A DNA stretch of 63,905 nt, filler included, from Octopus bimaculoides (lineage: Eukaryota): the NCBI RefSeq assembly GCF_001194135.2. It is 6 parts of 6 records of this genome, joined end to end, with 100 filler letters (N's around TTAATTAATTAA, not from the genome) between each part and the next. Parts side by side here need not be neighbours in the genome. Positions count along the whole stretch, not along the records: positions 1 to 17,254 come from NC_068993.1; 5 more parts are not named here. One strand, 5' to 3'. Both the position numbers and the translations under genes were made by a program. Below the pieces are notes generated by a model, which was not told where the DNA came from, did not search any database, and worked only from the letters and a program-made list of their open reading frames with translations. Positions 1 to 15,400 of this stretch are shown here, one piece after another. Every line of letters begins with the position of its first letter. Within the stretch, counting starts at the first letter, position 1.

Positions 1-35
<35 letters not shown>

Positions 36-212
36 CAGGTGACCACGTAAGTTCAAAACAAGGTGGAATAATGGTACTCGAATACCAGATGTAGAGTAAT
101 ATGCTTTTATAAATGCTGCAAAATTATCGCAAAAAATGTTACCCACAGTTACACGTTCCCGTTCGTCGGTCAGTTGTGCTGGAAACTCTCTCTCCCTCTC
201 TTTCTCTCCCCC

Positions 213-245
<33 letters not shown>

Positions 246-2460
246 CACACTCACACGCAATATGATACATTAATTTGTGCGTTATTATTGTTTTGCTATG
301 ATCATGTATGCACTATAGAACAATTCTGTAAATTTCTTAACTGAGATGTTGCATGTAGACGGACGTAGACAGTGGTGCTTTATATAATAACTGAATGAGT
401 CAGACCAGTTTTATTCCTTCCTTCAAGATCCTCTTATCAACCACATATCCTCTTTATTTGTCCAAGGAGTTATTGTTTATAAGACCAGTAAGATGTTTCA
501 ATAAATCAGATAAACGAACTGCATAAATGAATATATTCTTTGCAGCTAGTTTCTTTGATTATCACCGATGTGTAAGTATCATTTTGTCGAATTATGATGC
601 CCTGCAAAACCGTCTAAATGCATATGTACTGTTAGCTAACACTATATGGAAATAAATTTAAATAGCTTGTCTTCTGTACTTTTCGATAGTACATCGTGCA
701 TCATATGATAAACAAGACACACACAGACACACACACAAACACGCACACACAAACACACATACACACACACACAGGCAGTAAGATACACACATACTTATGC
801 ATGCATCTGTCTGTTTATATATATGTGCATGGTTTAGAAAAACACTTAATATATGCAATTTGCTACTATTGCCTATTATACAAAATATTCCCTGTGATTA
901 TTGTGTTTTTCTCTGTATCAATTTCATTATACAGGAAGATTTCATTTCGATCATATCGTTTCAAAGATTTCTGTACAACGAAAATGTTTGGAAATTTACG
1001 TTGATGAAACACAATATGGCAACAAATTATACGTGAATAAGTATGCTGTCATATATTTTTTGACCAACAGTATCTCTTTTATTGTTTTTTTTTAATCATG
1101 AGATTATGAGTTTAAGAGAGATAAAATTACGTATATAACTAAACGGGAGAAACCAGCCCATAAACGGGACGTATTGCGGAGGAAGAGTTATCATTACTTG
1201 ACGTGAAACGACTCCAAGCACAACTCACTATTTTTGAGATAACATGTAAGTACTAGTGAATCATAAATAGAAATAATGTTTGTTTAACCATGTTAATTGC
1301 TGATATATCTACTGAAGACTGATGGAGACATATATTGCTTGAATCACTTGTAGAAAATGAAATCTGAATTATTCTGGAGACACAAATGAATAAATCTCGC
1401 TGCAATAATGCTTATGGAGAATGTATATTTCCATTTTACAAAGTGTTGTCTCCTAAATATCTAATATTTATTCAGGGAAGTATGACAGCTGGATCAGCAA
1501 TAAATTATCAAAATATTTTTACTAAATAGAAACCAGTAATAGGCAAAATTTATGATCTGAGCCAGATTTATCTAGCTCACATATACATCATCGCGACATA
1601 ATGTCGCCTTAGATTTTTATACACCATGTTTGTCGTATATGTTCCTGTGGTTTACTTTGTCATATTAATGTAAATAAAATCAGAGGAATTTCATCAGCCT
1701 GTCGGAGAATTGATCTGTGTTTTAGATGGGTGGTTTGTTGGTGGTTACAACGCTCCTTAGTTTGTATCTCTCTCTCTCTTTCTCTCTCTCTGTGTCTCTC
1801 GCACGCTCTCCCACGCGACACACGCTGAGTCTCTCCTGCTCTTTGCGTATTTTCCCCGTGATCGATGAAATCGGTGAATGTCTACATACATAAAAATATC
1901 GAAAATAAAAGATACAACACAGTAATCTAGGTCTCGAAACAGAATGATGCTGAAAGAGTAATACATAGAATTCATCCTAATACAATTCTCTTCTATTTGC
2001 CATCTGTAGATAAGTTATCGAAGGCAGCTTCAATTGATTCGAACGACCTTGTGTAGTAGTAAGTACTTCAATTGATAAAGCATGCCTCTTCACTGCTTCT
2101 GCTAATGACATCTGCTGACTGATGCATATTTTGAAGTATTTCATTTTTAATACATACACCAAGAAAATACAAACTGTTTTGTATGTTATGTTATGTATGC
2201 AGAGCAGGAATCATAGGGGTGCGAATGGGGCAATTGTCCCGGGCATTTGGGATGTTGGCGGGGGGGTGGATGGTACGCATGTGTGCGTATATGTACGTAC
2301 GTATGTATGTATCTGTGTGTGTGTATGTGTGTGTGTGTGAACGTATATAAAGATAAAATGTTTGAGAGAAAGTCATTGTCTCTGGGTCAGATTCTTTCAT
2401 TCAATGCATCACTGAGCAATGACCTTGGCTTGACCGATCACAGTTAAAGGCACACGCACG

Positions 2461-2507
<47 letters not shown>

Positions 2508-5500
2508 ACACACACACACACTCACATTTCATGAAAACTGGTTTTTATTTTATGAAACAAAGAAATGTTCCGAAATTTGAATTTTGAATTTACTTTTATT
2601 TATAAAATTCCATCTCTAATAGCTAAAAGCATTTTTTCTTTCGGTTTTAGAATTATTGCTTATATATTCAAATGTTCTTCATTAAATCAAACGATTCTAC
2701 TTTCTTATTTTTTCCTATCTTTTTCGTCATTCTGTCGGCAAAATTAGTAATCGGGTCAAAATGAATAATTTCTGATTTCTTGTTATTTTCTCCCTACCTG
2801 TTTGAAACCATTACATTACAATTATTGCATCCCAATTTTGTACCATTGCATCATCTTTGGGGGTAAAAATTGGTCAGTATAGTTTACGTCGTTGCTGTTG
2901 AAGGTGAAAGTTTGAAACATAGGTGACAGGTACTTTTTTTCAAGAAACTTTTCTTCAAATATCTGGATAATTTTTGGTGTTTAACCATCAACAATCTTTT
3001 CTCTGTTTGATTCCACATCAATTTTTTTCCAAACTATTATCTAATTTGATAATCTTCAAGTTTAAAAAAAAATGTCTAAATTGGAGCAAAATGATTCATT
3101 TTAGTAATAACTTCTTTTTAACTGCAGAATACATAAATATATATGGAAGAAAGCTACTCCAGGAGATTGTGAGGAAGCTATAGGGAATATTATATGTTGA
3201 GTCTTTATATTTCGTTGGGTTTCCTTAATTTCATATGTGCTATTTTTCCATGAATGACTTTCATTTAACCACGGTATTTGAAAAATTTGTTACATTTCTG
3301 ACCTTTCTAATATCTAAGGATGGATGTTTATGTGAATGAATCTTTTTCCAAATCTAATTCTGGAGAACAAGCAAAGCAAAGTTAATTTATCTGGTCTTAC
3401 TCATTTTGCCCCGCCTTAGGTTGTCTTTTACCTGCTCAAAGAGAATAGTGATAATATTCTGAAATAGTGTTCTGAATATGTTATAGGTTTTGCTGCATTT
3501 AGAGGTCTTTACTTAGCTGATATACTTTTGGCGAGGTAGTGAACATTTGTAAAAGGATATTTTTTTCCCCAGAGTCAAAACTGCAGTGAATATTACTCAT
3601 TGTGCCCCATCTACCCTACTGCAAAATGGAAAAGCAGACTTTCGGAAATAGCTGCATGAATTTTCCCCTTTTTGCAAAACAATGAAGGGAAGCCGTTTTA
3701 AAATCCATGTCTTTTAAATGTTGGTCTCACCCTCCATCACACACGCACACTCATCATGTCTTTGGAACAGCAACAACCACAAAAATGATTTTATTTCTTT
3801 TTCGTAATTATCTGTCATTTCATTTTATATTTTATTGAATGTTATGAAACATTTGTAACTCACATTAAAAGAAAAAAATTCTTCCCCCTTCTTCTCCGCT
3901 TCTTTGTACTTTTTACGATGAAGGAAAAGTCAAGCACCACAAGTGGATGTGTGAAAAACGAAATTTGAATTTTGAAGTGTATCTATAAAGCGACATTTTC
4001 AGTCATTTATTTAAACTTTCTCTACCAAATCATCAAATTCAGTTACATGAAATAGAATGGGATTTGCGATTTAGATTTGGTAATTTTGCAAGATTTTAAT
4101 TCTTGCGTATAAGGGGCCTACCGAACTTGAAACAGCGGGTCTATCCATGCTTTATGGCTGAAACTGTGTAGAGAGAAACTGTATAGAAGTCGGTCAGATG
4201 CTTGTATCAGCAATTCTAAAAGAAAAATCCTTGTCACACACAACACATTTCTGCCAGAAAATTGCATAAAACGTACGTGTCTTTCACTTTCTCTCCTTTT
4301 CCCTCTCTCTCCTCTCTCACTTGAATGCTCAGCTACTCACATGTTCCTTCAGGGGCGGATAAATCAGTTGACCAAACAATAGAATCCTCATCGTCGAACG
4401 ACGAAGATTCCCACCTTACTATATATCGCAAGACATAATCAAAGAGACCTCAGATCAAAAATATTATTTTATATATGAGTCATTCCACAACTTTTAAAGA
4501 ACTTGGCCAATGCTTATCACCCAGATACATGCAAATATACGCATTGAAAACCTGAAATATTAAAGACAAACTCGAATAAAACAAATGCACTACACCGGAC
4601 CGCTGCAAATATTCTAGGGATATGAGATATAAACTCGTTATTTAGATACAATAAGGTAAATGACCACAGTTTGGTAGTGTTATGAGCGAAATCTATAGCT
4701 AGAGTAGCAAGACTCACATTTATACTCTGTTCAAAAATCAATATTTTTGGTTTCGGATTCATCTAACAATTAGAGAAGAATACATCAAACGTAAATAGAA
4801 CCGTAGTATCAAGAGATGTTATGATTATTATTAGGTAGATGTAAGCTAGGGTGTCGGACATTTCCAACCTCTTGTATAGAACACGACAGATGACCAACAT
4901 GTGTCCTACCTTTAGCAAATTCGATAGCTAGAACGGCACAAACACGTCAATGACAATTATGTATTAATAAAGACATTATCAATAAAAACAAGAGGATAAT
5001 TATCATCATGCGTAATTAAATGCGCAACCGGAAAATATCACTGAATATTTGCAATTAATTACGTGCTTTTCAAACCACAGCCCAAGATATCTCGTATAGA
5101 ACGTCGTTATATGCGAACTTGAACCTCTCCTCTTTCTCTCTCTCTCTCCCTCCTCCTTTCTCTGTGTATGTGAGTGTTGGATAAACACACACACACACAC
5201 GCGCACATGTATCAGTGCAGAGTATACGTGTTTGTGCGTGTATGCATAATTGTAAAGTCGAATATAGTTATAAATATGCTGATGGATGTTCGACATTTCT
5301 GTAGATAATATACTTCATTGTATTTGTCACAGTTTGCTTGTATTATGCGAAAATATGGATTACTCCATTCCGAAAATTGCCAGTAATAGACCAACCAATA
5401 TATCGATAGACAAATATAAAAGTGTATCTATGTTCAAAACTGATGACTCTTTCATCGATTTATTACTGCAATCTAGTGGAATTATACAAACACACACGCA

Positions 5501-5822
5501 CACATGTGCACACACACACACACACATGTGCACACACACACACATATGTATACGCATGCACTTAAAGGCAATCGTTAAACTCTAAGATATTATTAAAAAC
5601 CACTATGGTTATGGCTAATTATGCATATGATATTTGCATTTATTAATGGGTCTGTGTTTATATACATGTGCACTTGGTTTGTATGAGTAAGCAATAGGTT
5701 TTAATTTTTATGTCCTGCGAAACGCATGAATGCCGTAAGGAAAAGCAAAACTGTTTCATCATTCATTATTTTACTTTATGTTTATCGACCCTTGTCATGG
5801 TAAATATTCGTTTATCATTCGT

Positions 5823-6215
5823 CTTTTACTTGCGGCTATGCTGAGACCATGCTGGGGTACCGCGCTGGTGAGTTTAGTCGAACAAATCGACTTTTTAATC
5901 TGGTACTTGTTCTATCGTTCTCTTTTACCGAACGGCTAAGTACGAGGACATAAACAAACCAACGTTAGTTTTCAAGCGCTGTGCGGACAACCATAAAAAT
6001 GAACACACACTCCCGCACACACACACACACACATTATCATACACGCACTCACAAATATGACAGATTACTACATAGTTTCTATCCAGCAAATTCATTCAAA
6101 AGGCATTGGCCGACCCGGTGCTGCATTAAAAGACACTTGCTGTAGGTGCCGTGCAGTGAAACTGAACCCAAAACCCACATGCTTGCAATACGTGCTTATT
6201 CACCTCATAGCCATA
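5823..6215 (-). mobile_element. tRNA-derived SINE (family B), decayed
   Basis: Colinear with 44993-45367, including the central (CA)n tract. Confidence 0.6.
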
Positions 6216-6444
6216 CCGGCACTTCTAAGAATACAATCCAAACATAAAATCAAATGAATCCACCCTAATACTTTCTTGTTATGTATTTTAACAATGCCTG
6301 ATCGATCTTGGTAATATTCGATGAAGATGTGCAAATATCCGCCTCTGTACTGGAAGGCGTTTATCTCCATCTTCTAAAATGTATACCACACTGCTATGCT
6401 TTCTTTAAAATATAAGTTAAGCTAATATCTACTAAAAAAAAAAT

Positions 6445-6657
6445 AGGTCGTCGAAGTAGCTGAACCGTTAGGACACCGAGAAAATGCTGTTGCAGCATTT
6501 CGTACGTCTTGACTTCAAATTCTACCGAAGTCGATTTTGCCTTTCGTCTCTTTTGGAATCCTTAAAATAAGTACCAGTTGAGCATTGGGGTCGATGTTAT
6601 AGATTTACCCCCTACACCTGAAATTGCTGGCCTCGTACCAAAATATGAAGCCAATAT
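6445..6657 (+). mobile_element. tRNA-derived SINE (family A), decayed
   Basis: Homologous to 8386-8520 (ccgttag..aaatgct..ttcaaattc..gtcga..ttgcc..ataagtacca). The same body occurs reversed at about 23395-23600. Confidence 0.6.
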
Positions 6658-8385
6658 TTAATTCAAAAGCATTTTCAGTGCTGGAATTCTTCAATATAAT
6701 ATGCAATGCTTCAATGTATGTTTGAAAGGAAAGGTCTAGGCTAGAAGTCGGCTGGGGAGGAAGAAAATATTTTTTTTATGTGCAAGCAACCAATACATCG
6801 GCATAAATATAAAGCAATTAGTGATTTCCCCATATAAATACAATCTTGCTTTGTGAGAATTATGCTAAGAATTAAAACGCCCATTTATTTATTGGCTGTG
6901 CACATATCAATCAATCGATTGGTCGATAGATAAACCAGCTAAATATTCAACTCGTGATCTCTGTACGCTCAGCACGTGCAGAGAATTGGAAAACAAAGAG
7001 TTTAACTAGCATTTAAGGAAAAGCCTGTGTTTCTATTTATACCCCTATTTATATCCCGACATAATGGATTTTCATTCAATGTAACTGTTACTCAAGGCTA
7101 ACCTCTCTGACGGACTTTTAAATGTCGATTAATTACATAGCAAACTAGTATGCTGACTATTGATTTAAAGTTCTTTTTTTTTTATCAGCTTCATTTAACC
7201 GAATAAGTCTTTTTGAAAGACTATTAGAAAGATTAAAGAAGGCAATATCATATCATTCAGAGTTGTACTTTCTAAAGAAATCTTTGAATATCCTTAGAGC
7301 TTAACTCCAACCTCCAAATCCAATAATGTAATATCAGTTAATGTTTTTCTTTTTCTGTATCTGTGTGTGATATGAGGTTCGCGTTAAGATGTAGGCTGCA
7401 ATATATTTCTCGTGCTTGATCACTGGACCGGCTTGAAAGGACACCCACATATCCCTCAAATTACAAGTTACTATTTTAATAAAGAAGAAAACATTGAATA
7501 AAATTGTCCTAAATACAGTGTTTCAAGAAAGAAAAGAAAGAAAATGCTAGATTATCATCATTGGAATTTTATCATTCATAGATGAACTGGATTATGACCG
7601 AGCTGGAACTAAACAAAAGAAAAAGATAAACTGATCTAGAAACTGGAGGATGAAAAGCGAATTAAATACTGCTCAGGCGATCATCAGTATTATAATGGCA
7701 CACGATTAAGAATATGTAAGAAACCTTGGATGATATCTAATCAACAGACATTTGGAATAACATTTTTGAAAGTGTAGTGTTAGCACTAGATATTCGAAGA
7801 TATGGTAAACCATAGGAATCCAAGAAAATCAATAAATTAGAAAATTGGTTTTAAAATATTTTCGAAGACAGAGTCATAAATAATAGTAATAAAATTTGTT
7901 AGTAACTGCATTTTTTGTTGTAAATCTATATAAAGTAACAATAATTCTCTCATGCCAATTTGAAATTTTCTATAGCTTATCATTTCTATTCTTCCTCCCA
8001 ATAAACATATCTAACTGTATTCTACTAAATACTAGGAAATACAGTATATTTATCAATGATTACTAAATAAATGTTTTCTGTGATTTTTGAGGTTTTGACT
8101 TTTACCGTAAGTTATTCACGTATGAAGTTTGCAGTAAGAAAAAGGAAAGGTTGAGTTTAATATTCGCTTTAAATAGTTCCAACAATATTATTTAGTGTTA
8201 TGGTAAACTAAATGAAATTACATCTACTATAAACGTCGAGATTTAATCTAATTCACTTTGATTTTCGTACAATCCGTGCATCACGTATCAATTAGTTGTA
8301 ATGTTGTAATTACAACTTTTGACTTGTAATATATAAATCAGGTTTTGATTCAAATTTCACATTACTAATAATTACACTAACCGTT

Positions 8386-8520
8386 AAGGCGGCGAGCTGG
8401 TAGAATCGTTAGCACGCCGGCTAAATGCTTTACGGCATCTCGTCCGTCTTAATGTTCTGAGTTCAACATCTGCCGCGGTCGGCTTTTCCTTTCGGAGTCG
8501 ATAAAATAAGTACTAGCTGA
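8386..8520 (+). mobile_element. tRNA-derived SINE (family A)
   Basis: Head ggcggcgagctggtagaatcgttagcacgccgg with a B-box-like gagttcaa, followed by a body shared with other copies. Confidence 0.65.
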
Positions 8521-9172
8521 GAAAACATGAATATTTGAAAATACATGCCGAAAAATGAATAAATAGCATAAAAGGAAACTATCAAAACCTTTAGCTATTA
8601 CTATGCATTTTTCTTTTTGTTTTTCCCATGAAGTCAGGAATTTTTTCATTCACTGGACTAATTCAGTTAAACACTGCAAAATAACAAGACGACAGTCATA
8701 TAGATATATACATACTTGTATGTAAGTATGAGTGTGTGTTGGTGTACATATGCCTGTATGTATACATGATTGTATGTACGGGTTTTGTTGGAGTTCTGTT
8801 CTTGAGAATGTTCAAGCCGGTCGCTAATAAAGCGAGAACACTTTTTGATTTGAGAGAGTTCCTAGTGCTTTAGTTGGTGTGTTGTTTGAATTATCGATGC
8901 ATACATTAAAGTTTGTGCATTTATTCACATAAGAATCTCAAATAGAGAATTTTTGGCATGTCATACAAGTATGCACTATGCCACTAATAGATAGTCAGTT
9001 TCTTTTGCTCTTTCTCAGTGAAATCGAGTTTTTCTAGATTTTTGTACAAGTGTATGTATGTCATTATTCAGTTTAATTTCAAGATTTCTTCCCAATAGAG
9101 AAAGAGCCGCTTTCTCACCTAGATCCAATGCTCTTTCATTGGAATTTCAACATCAAGAACAGGGCATTTTTG

Positions 9173-9174
<2 letters not shown>

Positions 9175-9206
<32 letters not shown>

Positions 9207-9228
9207 TGTATGTATGTATGTATGTATG
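9175..9228. repeat. (TATG)n microsatellite
   Basis: Direct reading; a similar array lies at 30525-30585. Confidence 0.95.
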
Positions 9229-9597
9229 CATATTAGCCTCTGCCGAAGAATTTCGCTCAGTATTTACAGCAACATGGCTGCAAAACGTTTTAACATACAA
9301 CTGATATAAAGATACAACTAGTTGATTAGATTGACTAGAAGGGAGGTATTCAACTGTTTCTTATTCTTTCTTACATAAAATACCCGAATTTGAATATATC
9401 TCTTACACTAATTTCATCGACGCAGATAATACTGAAAAAAAAGAGAAATATTCAGAAAGAATACATTCCGATAACACAAGAAATCCTCTGGCATATTCAT
9501 ACCTAGTTACATTAAAATATCAATTCCTAACCTCTAGAGTCTGAAATATACAGTACTATAGCCACAATGACAATAGAGTCATTCTTAGCAATCACAA

Positions 9598-9599
9598 TC

Positions 9600-9633
<34 letters not shown>

Positions 9634-9690
9634 TAATAATAATAATAATAATAATAGTAATAATAATAATAATAATAATAACAATAATAA
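9598..9690. repeat. (AAT)n microsatellite
   Basis: Direct reading. Confidence 0.95.
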
Positions 9691-12522
9691 CAGAGAAATA
9701 CTAGGAAAATTATAATAGTGGAAATACTAGATGTAATAGCACGATAGCTACGATGTCATTTCTTCCTTTCTTTATTATATTTCTTCTTTGTATCTCTAAG
9801 TCATGAGGAAAGCTATACAGAAAAATATTGAATGTGCTGAAATGCCAAGCACACTCTGTAAATGAATGTTAAAGAGAGAAGGAAAAGCAACAATGCAAAT
9901 CAGCCTCGAGTAGCTAAAGACCTGAATCAATTCCCTTCGAAGCCTCAATGCAAAATAACTCTTTTCTCTCATCGTCATCATTAATGTTTTCCTTAAAACG
10001 TACTTTCTTTTTATAGCAAACCTACACATAACCATATTGAATGTGATCATTCAGCAAATGTATAAGGTTTTTCATTCAATCTCAGTTATTCTAAATCTAA
10101 ACACTGAATACAGAATATATATGCGACATTTTTCAATCATATAATGTCAAGTTGCTATGCATGTATGTATTCGTATGTTGTTCTTAATTGTTTTGAATTC
10201 TATCAACATTCACACGTCCATGCAATGCTCTCTATATCTAAATATTATTATTAACAAAACCATTATATCTGTTATTAGCTCCTATTAGTAACATCTCAAT
10301 TACAAAGCATCACTCCACTCTCATTTCCGCTATCACTCCCGTCTCCATTATCACAGCAATTTTCTTTACCATTAATTTCGTCGTCTGCTCGATCGACTGC
10401 AACACTATCATTTCTGTCCTCATTACTATCTCTAGTCTCATCATTACCAAAAAAACGCCAGTGTTACCATATTAATTATTCTAGCCAGCAGTATAATCTA
10501 CTACTGCTATAATTTCTACACTTACAACTATTGCTATCATCCTTCCTCAAAAACTAACGCCACTGATTTTTATTACGCGATATTGGTTTCAACGTCTATT
10601 CGATCAATACAAACATTAAAAAAAAAAAAAGACGGGCAAAATAAAATTAAAAAGAAGCAGCAACAACTAAACATAGCAACGCCGCCAACAACTTTACGAT
10701 CGTTTTACAACGTCCAATACACATTTTATTTATTACAGGAGTTTACGTTTTCTATCACCGGCACAGAACAGTAATTTGTTGATTACATTTTTTGCTGTAT
10801 CATAAACTTCATCTACCTCAGGACTTCACAAAAAAACTTTACGCATTTATTCCGAAAGGATAACTAGTATATTCAGATATGTTGAGATTTGAACACAGGA
10901 CGTAAAGGAAATAAAATATAAACGGCATTAAAATTTAGTCGAAACCCTACGATTTCTGTTAATCCAATGCTCTTTCATTATATCATAATTACATAGTCAG
11001 AATGTCAGAATTTAACAATACGCCCCTTTATTGTGAATTAGCACTAGTGCTTATGGTTTAGGAATCTAAGAAGATGACAATATACATTTCTTATTCCTAT
11101 AATAGAGTAATAATTTCCGCAGCGACATTAACTCAATCACTACAACATGTCTGAATGAATTTCATCAGAAAGTGTTTAACCTTATTTGATGCAAATCCTT
11201 ATGTTTTAATGTGATTAGCATCAGATGTAGTGAGACTTATACCATTCAAAAGACCGACAAATGAGTATGTGTCATAATTTCACTGAATTAACAATTGATT
11301 CAAGGTGCAGAATATTTTTCATTCTGTACATTAAAAAACAACCTTATTGTTATGAATATGTACAATGCAAAACTTTATTTTTATTAGAGGTTATTTAACT
11401 TAATCAACCGTAGTATATCAATGATACTAATTTGCTCCAAATAAGACTGATCAAACGTAGAGTTAATTTTGTTGGATTGCTGTATACTTTGTAACTAGGT
11501 TCAAAGGCTACGGATTTTAGGAGAGGATGGTATGGAAAACTTGATGTTCATGACTTTCCAACAGCATTATGTCCTAATTGAAGTAATGTGGTTTCGAACA
11601 GTAATAGAGAGTATGTATGACTATGCCTTTTGAACTAACTGAAATTCCATTTGTTGTGCCACATCACTTATCGCCTTTCGATGGGAATAGTGAATTGTTA
11701 ATTGGGTGCAAATCAGTAGCCATGTAGGAGAAGATAATACATTTTGCAAAGGGGTAAGTGGCATAAGTGATGTGAAATAACTACAGTTATGTATCTAAAG
11801 TTCAGTTTTATATGTACGTATATTACATTAGAGTTAGAACAAATCGGTTATTAAATATTGCATTGGAATAAGGGGAAATTGAACGCTTACAATTTTCGTT
11901 AGTTTCTATTTCCTATTGGGGCTAGTTAACTTCAATTACGTCACAAATGCCTTTCGCAAAATCATCAAAGATCATAACTTCCAATTTTCCCATTTCTCGC
12001 AGCCAATAATATTAAGAACGCATTTGTTAGATATTGCTGATTACATATAATAAAGCAAGCAATCATATATCACACCTGAGTGTAATAGAGAAAATAGCAT
12101 GTTCATTGACAGATATTACATACTCAAACGATTCCTTAACAACATTAATATTCACAAACGCTTTTTAAAATTTTTATAAAAGATGCTGCCACAGTTTATA
12201 TCCAAATTAAGAATCTTCACAATGTATATTTTCACATCGCCATTGCTACTTTTAAAACCGACTACGTTTTTGTTGTCAATATCATGCCTTCAAAAAGATT
12301 TCATTCATAAAGTAGAATGTGTAAAACTGGCCCAGTTGAAGGCTGGTTTAAAGGTCTGTTGCTTATAGAACTGCTAGATCAACCCAAACTGGGGTAGCGG
12401 GTACAAGAGTACTTGCAAAGTAATCGAAATATGTTGGACCCTTACTTTACTACTATCAAAGATCACTATGAGAATACTATTTTCCTATTTACGTTATCTT
12501 ACCTATGCGCTACATACATATA

Positions 12523-12553
<31 letters not shown>

Positions 12554-13479
12554 NNNNNNNNNNNNNNNNNNNNNNNNNNNNNNNNNNNNNNNNNNNNNNN
12601 NNNNNNNNNNNNNNNNNNNNNNNNNNNNNNNNNNNNNNNNNNNNNNNNNNNNNNNNNNNNNNNNNNNNNNNNNNNNNNNNNNNNNNNNNNNNNNNAGGCG
12701 TTAAGAAATGGAGCAATAATTAACAACAATAAGTGGATCATTGGTGTTTTAAAGCCATTGTTTAAAACACCAATGAGCCACTTCTCGTTGTTAGGAAAAT
12801 ATAGGGTACAAGGTGAGCCATTTTCATCAGGGATTCATATTGATAGATAGAGTCGAATGCTTTGCTGATGTGGCAGGTGGCAACATTCATTTCACTAAAT
12901 ATCTCGAAAGCGTGATCTGTATGCCTTGGCCACAAGTTGATCTGATTCTGCAGGTTTTTAGGGAATAGTTAATAGATGTTTCCTTTAACTTAAAGATACT
13001 ATAAGAGAGTGTGAATAAGGTGACAGAAATGTGTGCGTGCGTGCGTGCATGTGAGTGGGGGGGGCGGGTGTTTATCGAATTTAGGATGAATAAACAATCA
13101 GCGCATCAATCATGTCGTATTTCGTGGATGATAGCTTAAGTTTACGCCATTGGCTTTGCTTTTCATCCTTTTATTTTCTCGAGGTTGATAACATGTACAG
13201 CGAATTCCTGGAGTCGATACAATCAGCAAAAACCGCTGAAAGTGATGCTTCAGCATGTCCGTGTTTAGTAAATTACACGAGTACAAGAGTAAGAGAATAC
13301 AAATGGTACCCGTAAATACTTTGGGATAACTTTGAAAACTAGACGACTGTAGATATCTTATGCTAGATAAGAAATGCATTTCTTTCTAAACCCTGCTTCT
13401 CTGAAATATGAAGTTAAAACTTACTTGCAAATGGACGCGTGGCGTTCGATAATATAATAATGCAAATGATATGTGAGCA

Positions 13480-13632
13480 TATATACACACACACACACGC
13501 ACACACACACACATACACACACACACATACACACACACACACACACACATATATACATATACATATGCGTGTGTGTGTGTGTGTGTGTGCGTGAGTGTGT
13601 GTGCGCGCGCGTGTGTGCGTGCGTATGTGTGT
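13480..13632. repeat. Compound (CA)n/(TA)n/(TG)n microsatellite
   Basis: Direct reading; representative of dozens of dinucleotide arrays in the window, many of which flank N gaps. Confidence 0.95.
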
Positions 13633-13855
13633 GTCTTTGGGAATATGTTTGTCCCCCACCTCCGCTTGACGACCGCTTTTGATGTGTTTATGCCCCTTGC
13701 ATCTAGCAGTTCGGCAAAGAAACCGATAGAATAACTATCAGGCTTAAATAAATAAATAAATAATTCTTGGGGTGAAGCATTCGACCGAACATTCAAAGTG
13801 GTGCTCCAGCATGACCGCAGTCTAATGACTGAAATAGGTAAAAAAGATAAAAGAG
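13622..13855 (+). mobile_element. SINE family B 3' half
   Basis: gtttgtcccccacc..gcttgac..ttcggcaaaga..ccgatagaata..gtgctccagcatgaccgcagtc..gactgaaa. Confidence 0.6.
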
Positions 13856-14454
13856 AAAAACGTGTAGTAGGACATTTCATATAACCTTCTCATATTCTTA
13901 GACCAGTAGCTGGTTTAATGCGACGTATGTGATCGAAAAAGTGCTCAACAGATACTTGTTATCAACTGAGAATATGAGTGCAATAATAATCTACACGATA
14001 AGCAAAATTTGTTAACATGTATATATGTATGCGTATATAACCATGTTTGTGTGCTTACAATAAATATATAGATACTAATGTATATGTAAGAAAAAGTGGG
14101 TGTTTGCCTTCTCTACATCTTTCAGTTTATGGGAATATACTTTAATGTATGAAATATGGTTACATACACTATCATATATATATATATANNNNNNNNNNNN
14201 NNNNNNNNNNNNNNNNNNNNNNNNNNNNNNNNNNNNNNNNNNNNNNNNNNNNNNNNNNNNNNNNNNNNNNNNNNNNNNNNNNNNNNNNNNNNNNNNNNNN
14301 NNNNNNNNNNNNNNNNNNNNNNNNNNNNNNNNNNNNNNNNNNNNNNNNNNNNNNNNNNNNNNNNNNNNNNNNNNNNNNNNNNNNNNNNNNNNNNNNNNNN
14401 NNNNNNNNNNNNNNNNNNNNNNNNNNNNNNNNNNNNNNNNNNNNNNNNNNNNNN

Positions 14455-14552
<98 letters not shown>

Positions 14553-15002
14553 CACACACCCTCACTTACACACGCACACTCACCCACACACATAGTTAAG
14601 TATGTCTGTGTGTACATTTCCATAAATAACTATGTATATATATAACAGCTTGAATTGTCGATATTGCTGTATAAGCATCCATAGGTGCGGATATGTGAAA
14701 CATTTCTTTTCTTGTTCTGATGAAAACCAACGCCGCCGTTCTCATTATCAGTTCAGTATATATTTAGTAAAAGAATCAAATCACAAAGAATCCTTAGATA
14801 AACTTCTTCAGATGATTTATGATTTCTCAGAGAAACAATTATCCGCCTACCGGAGTCTTTAAATCACAGATCTTTAATCTTCGTTGAAGCGCATGATTGT
14901 ATTCATTGTGTTCACAAACAGAGATTTCATGTTTGAGAGAACAATTATGTGGTCATTCAGCTTACTGAAAGTAGCAGCTAAATTTCCTAAAATCTCAACT
15001 GT

Positions 15003-15400
15003 AGGAAGAAGTTTGTTTCTCAACCACACGGCTCTGGGTTCAGTCCCACTGTGTGACATCTTTGAGTAAGTGCTGTCTTCTGCTATAGCCTCAGGCAGAC
15101 CAAAGCCTTGTCAGTGGATTTGGTAGACGGAAATTGAGTGAAGTCCGTCGTATGTATGTTTATGTAGCTATGTATTTGTATCTTCGTGTCTGTGTTTGTC
15201 CCACCCACCACCACTTGACAACCGGTATTGGTTTCTTTACGTCCCCGTAACTTAGTGGTGTCGGCAAGAGCGATAGAATAAATAACAGGCTTAAACAAAT
15301 AGTACTGAGGTCGATGCATTCGACGAAAAATTCTTCAAGGTGGTGCCTCAACATAGCCGCAGTCTACATACTGAAACAAGTAAAACATAAACGATAAAAG
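15003..15400 (+). mobile_element. SINE family B, near complete
   Basis: ctgggttcagtcccactgtgtg head through gaaacaagtaaaa tail. Confidence 0.7.

Noticed and set aside
658-14645. Numerous HT/YI/CV/RE-rich ORFs in the track, here and throughout the window
   Set aside because: They are translations of (CA)n, (TA)n, (TG)n and (GA)n microsatellites, or run through N gaps.
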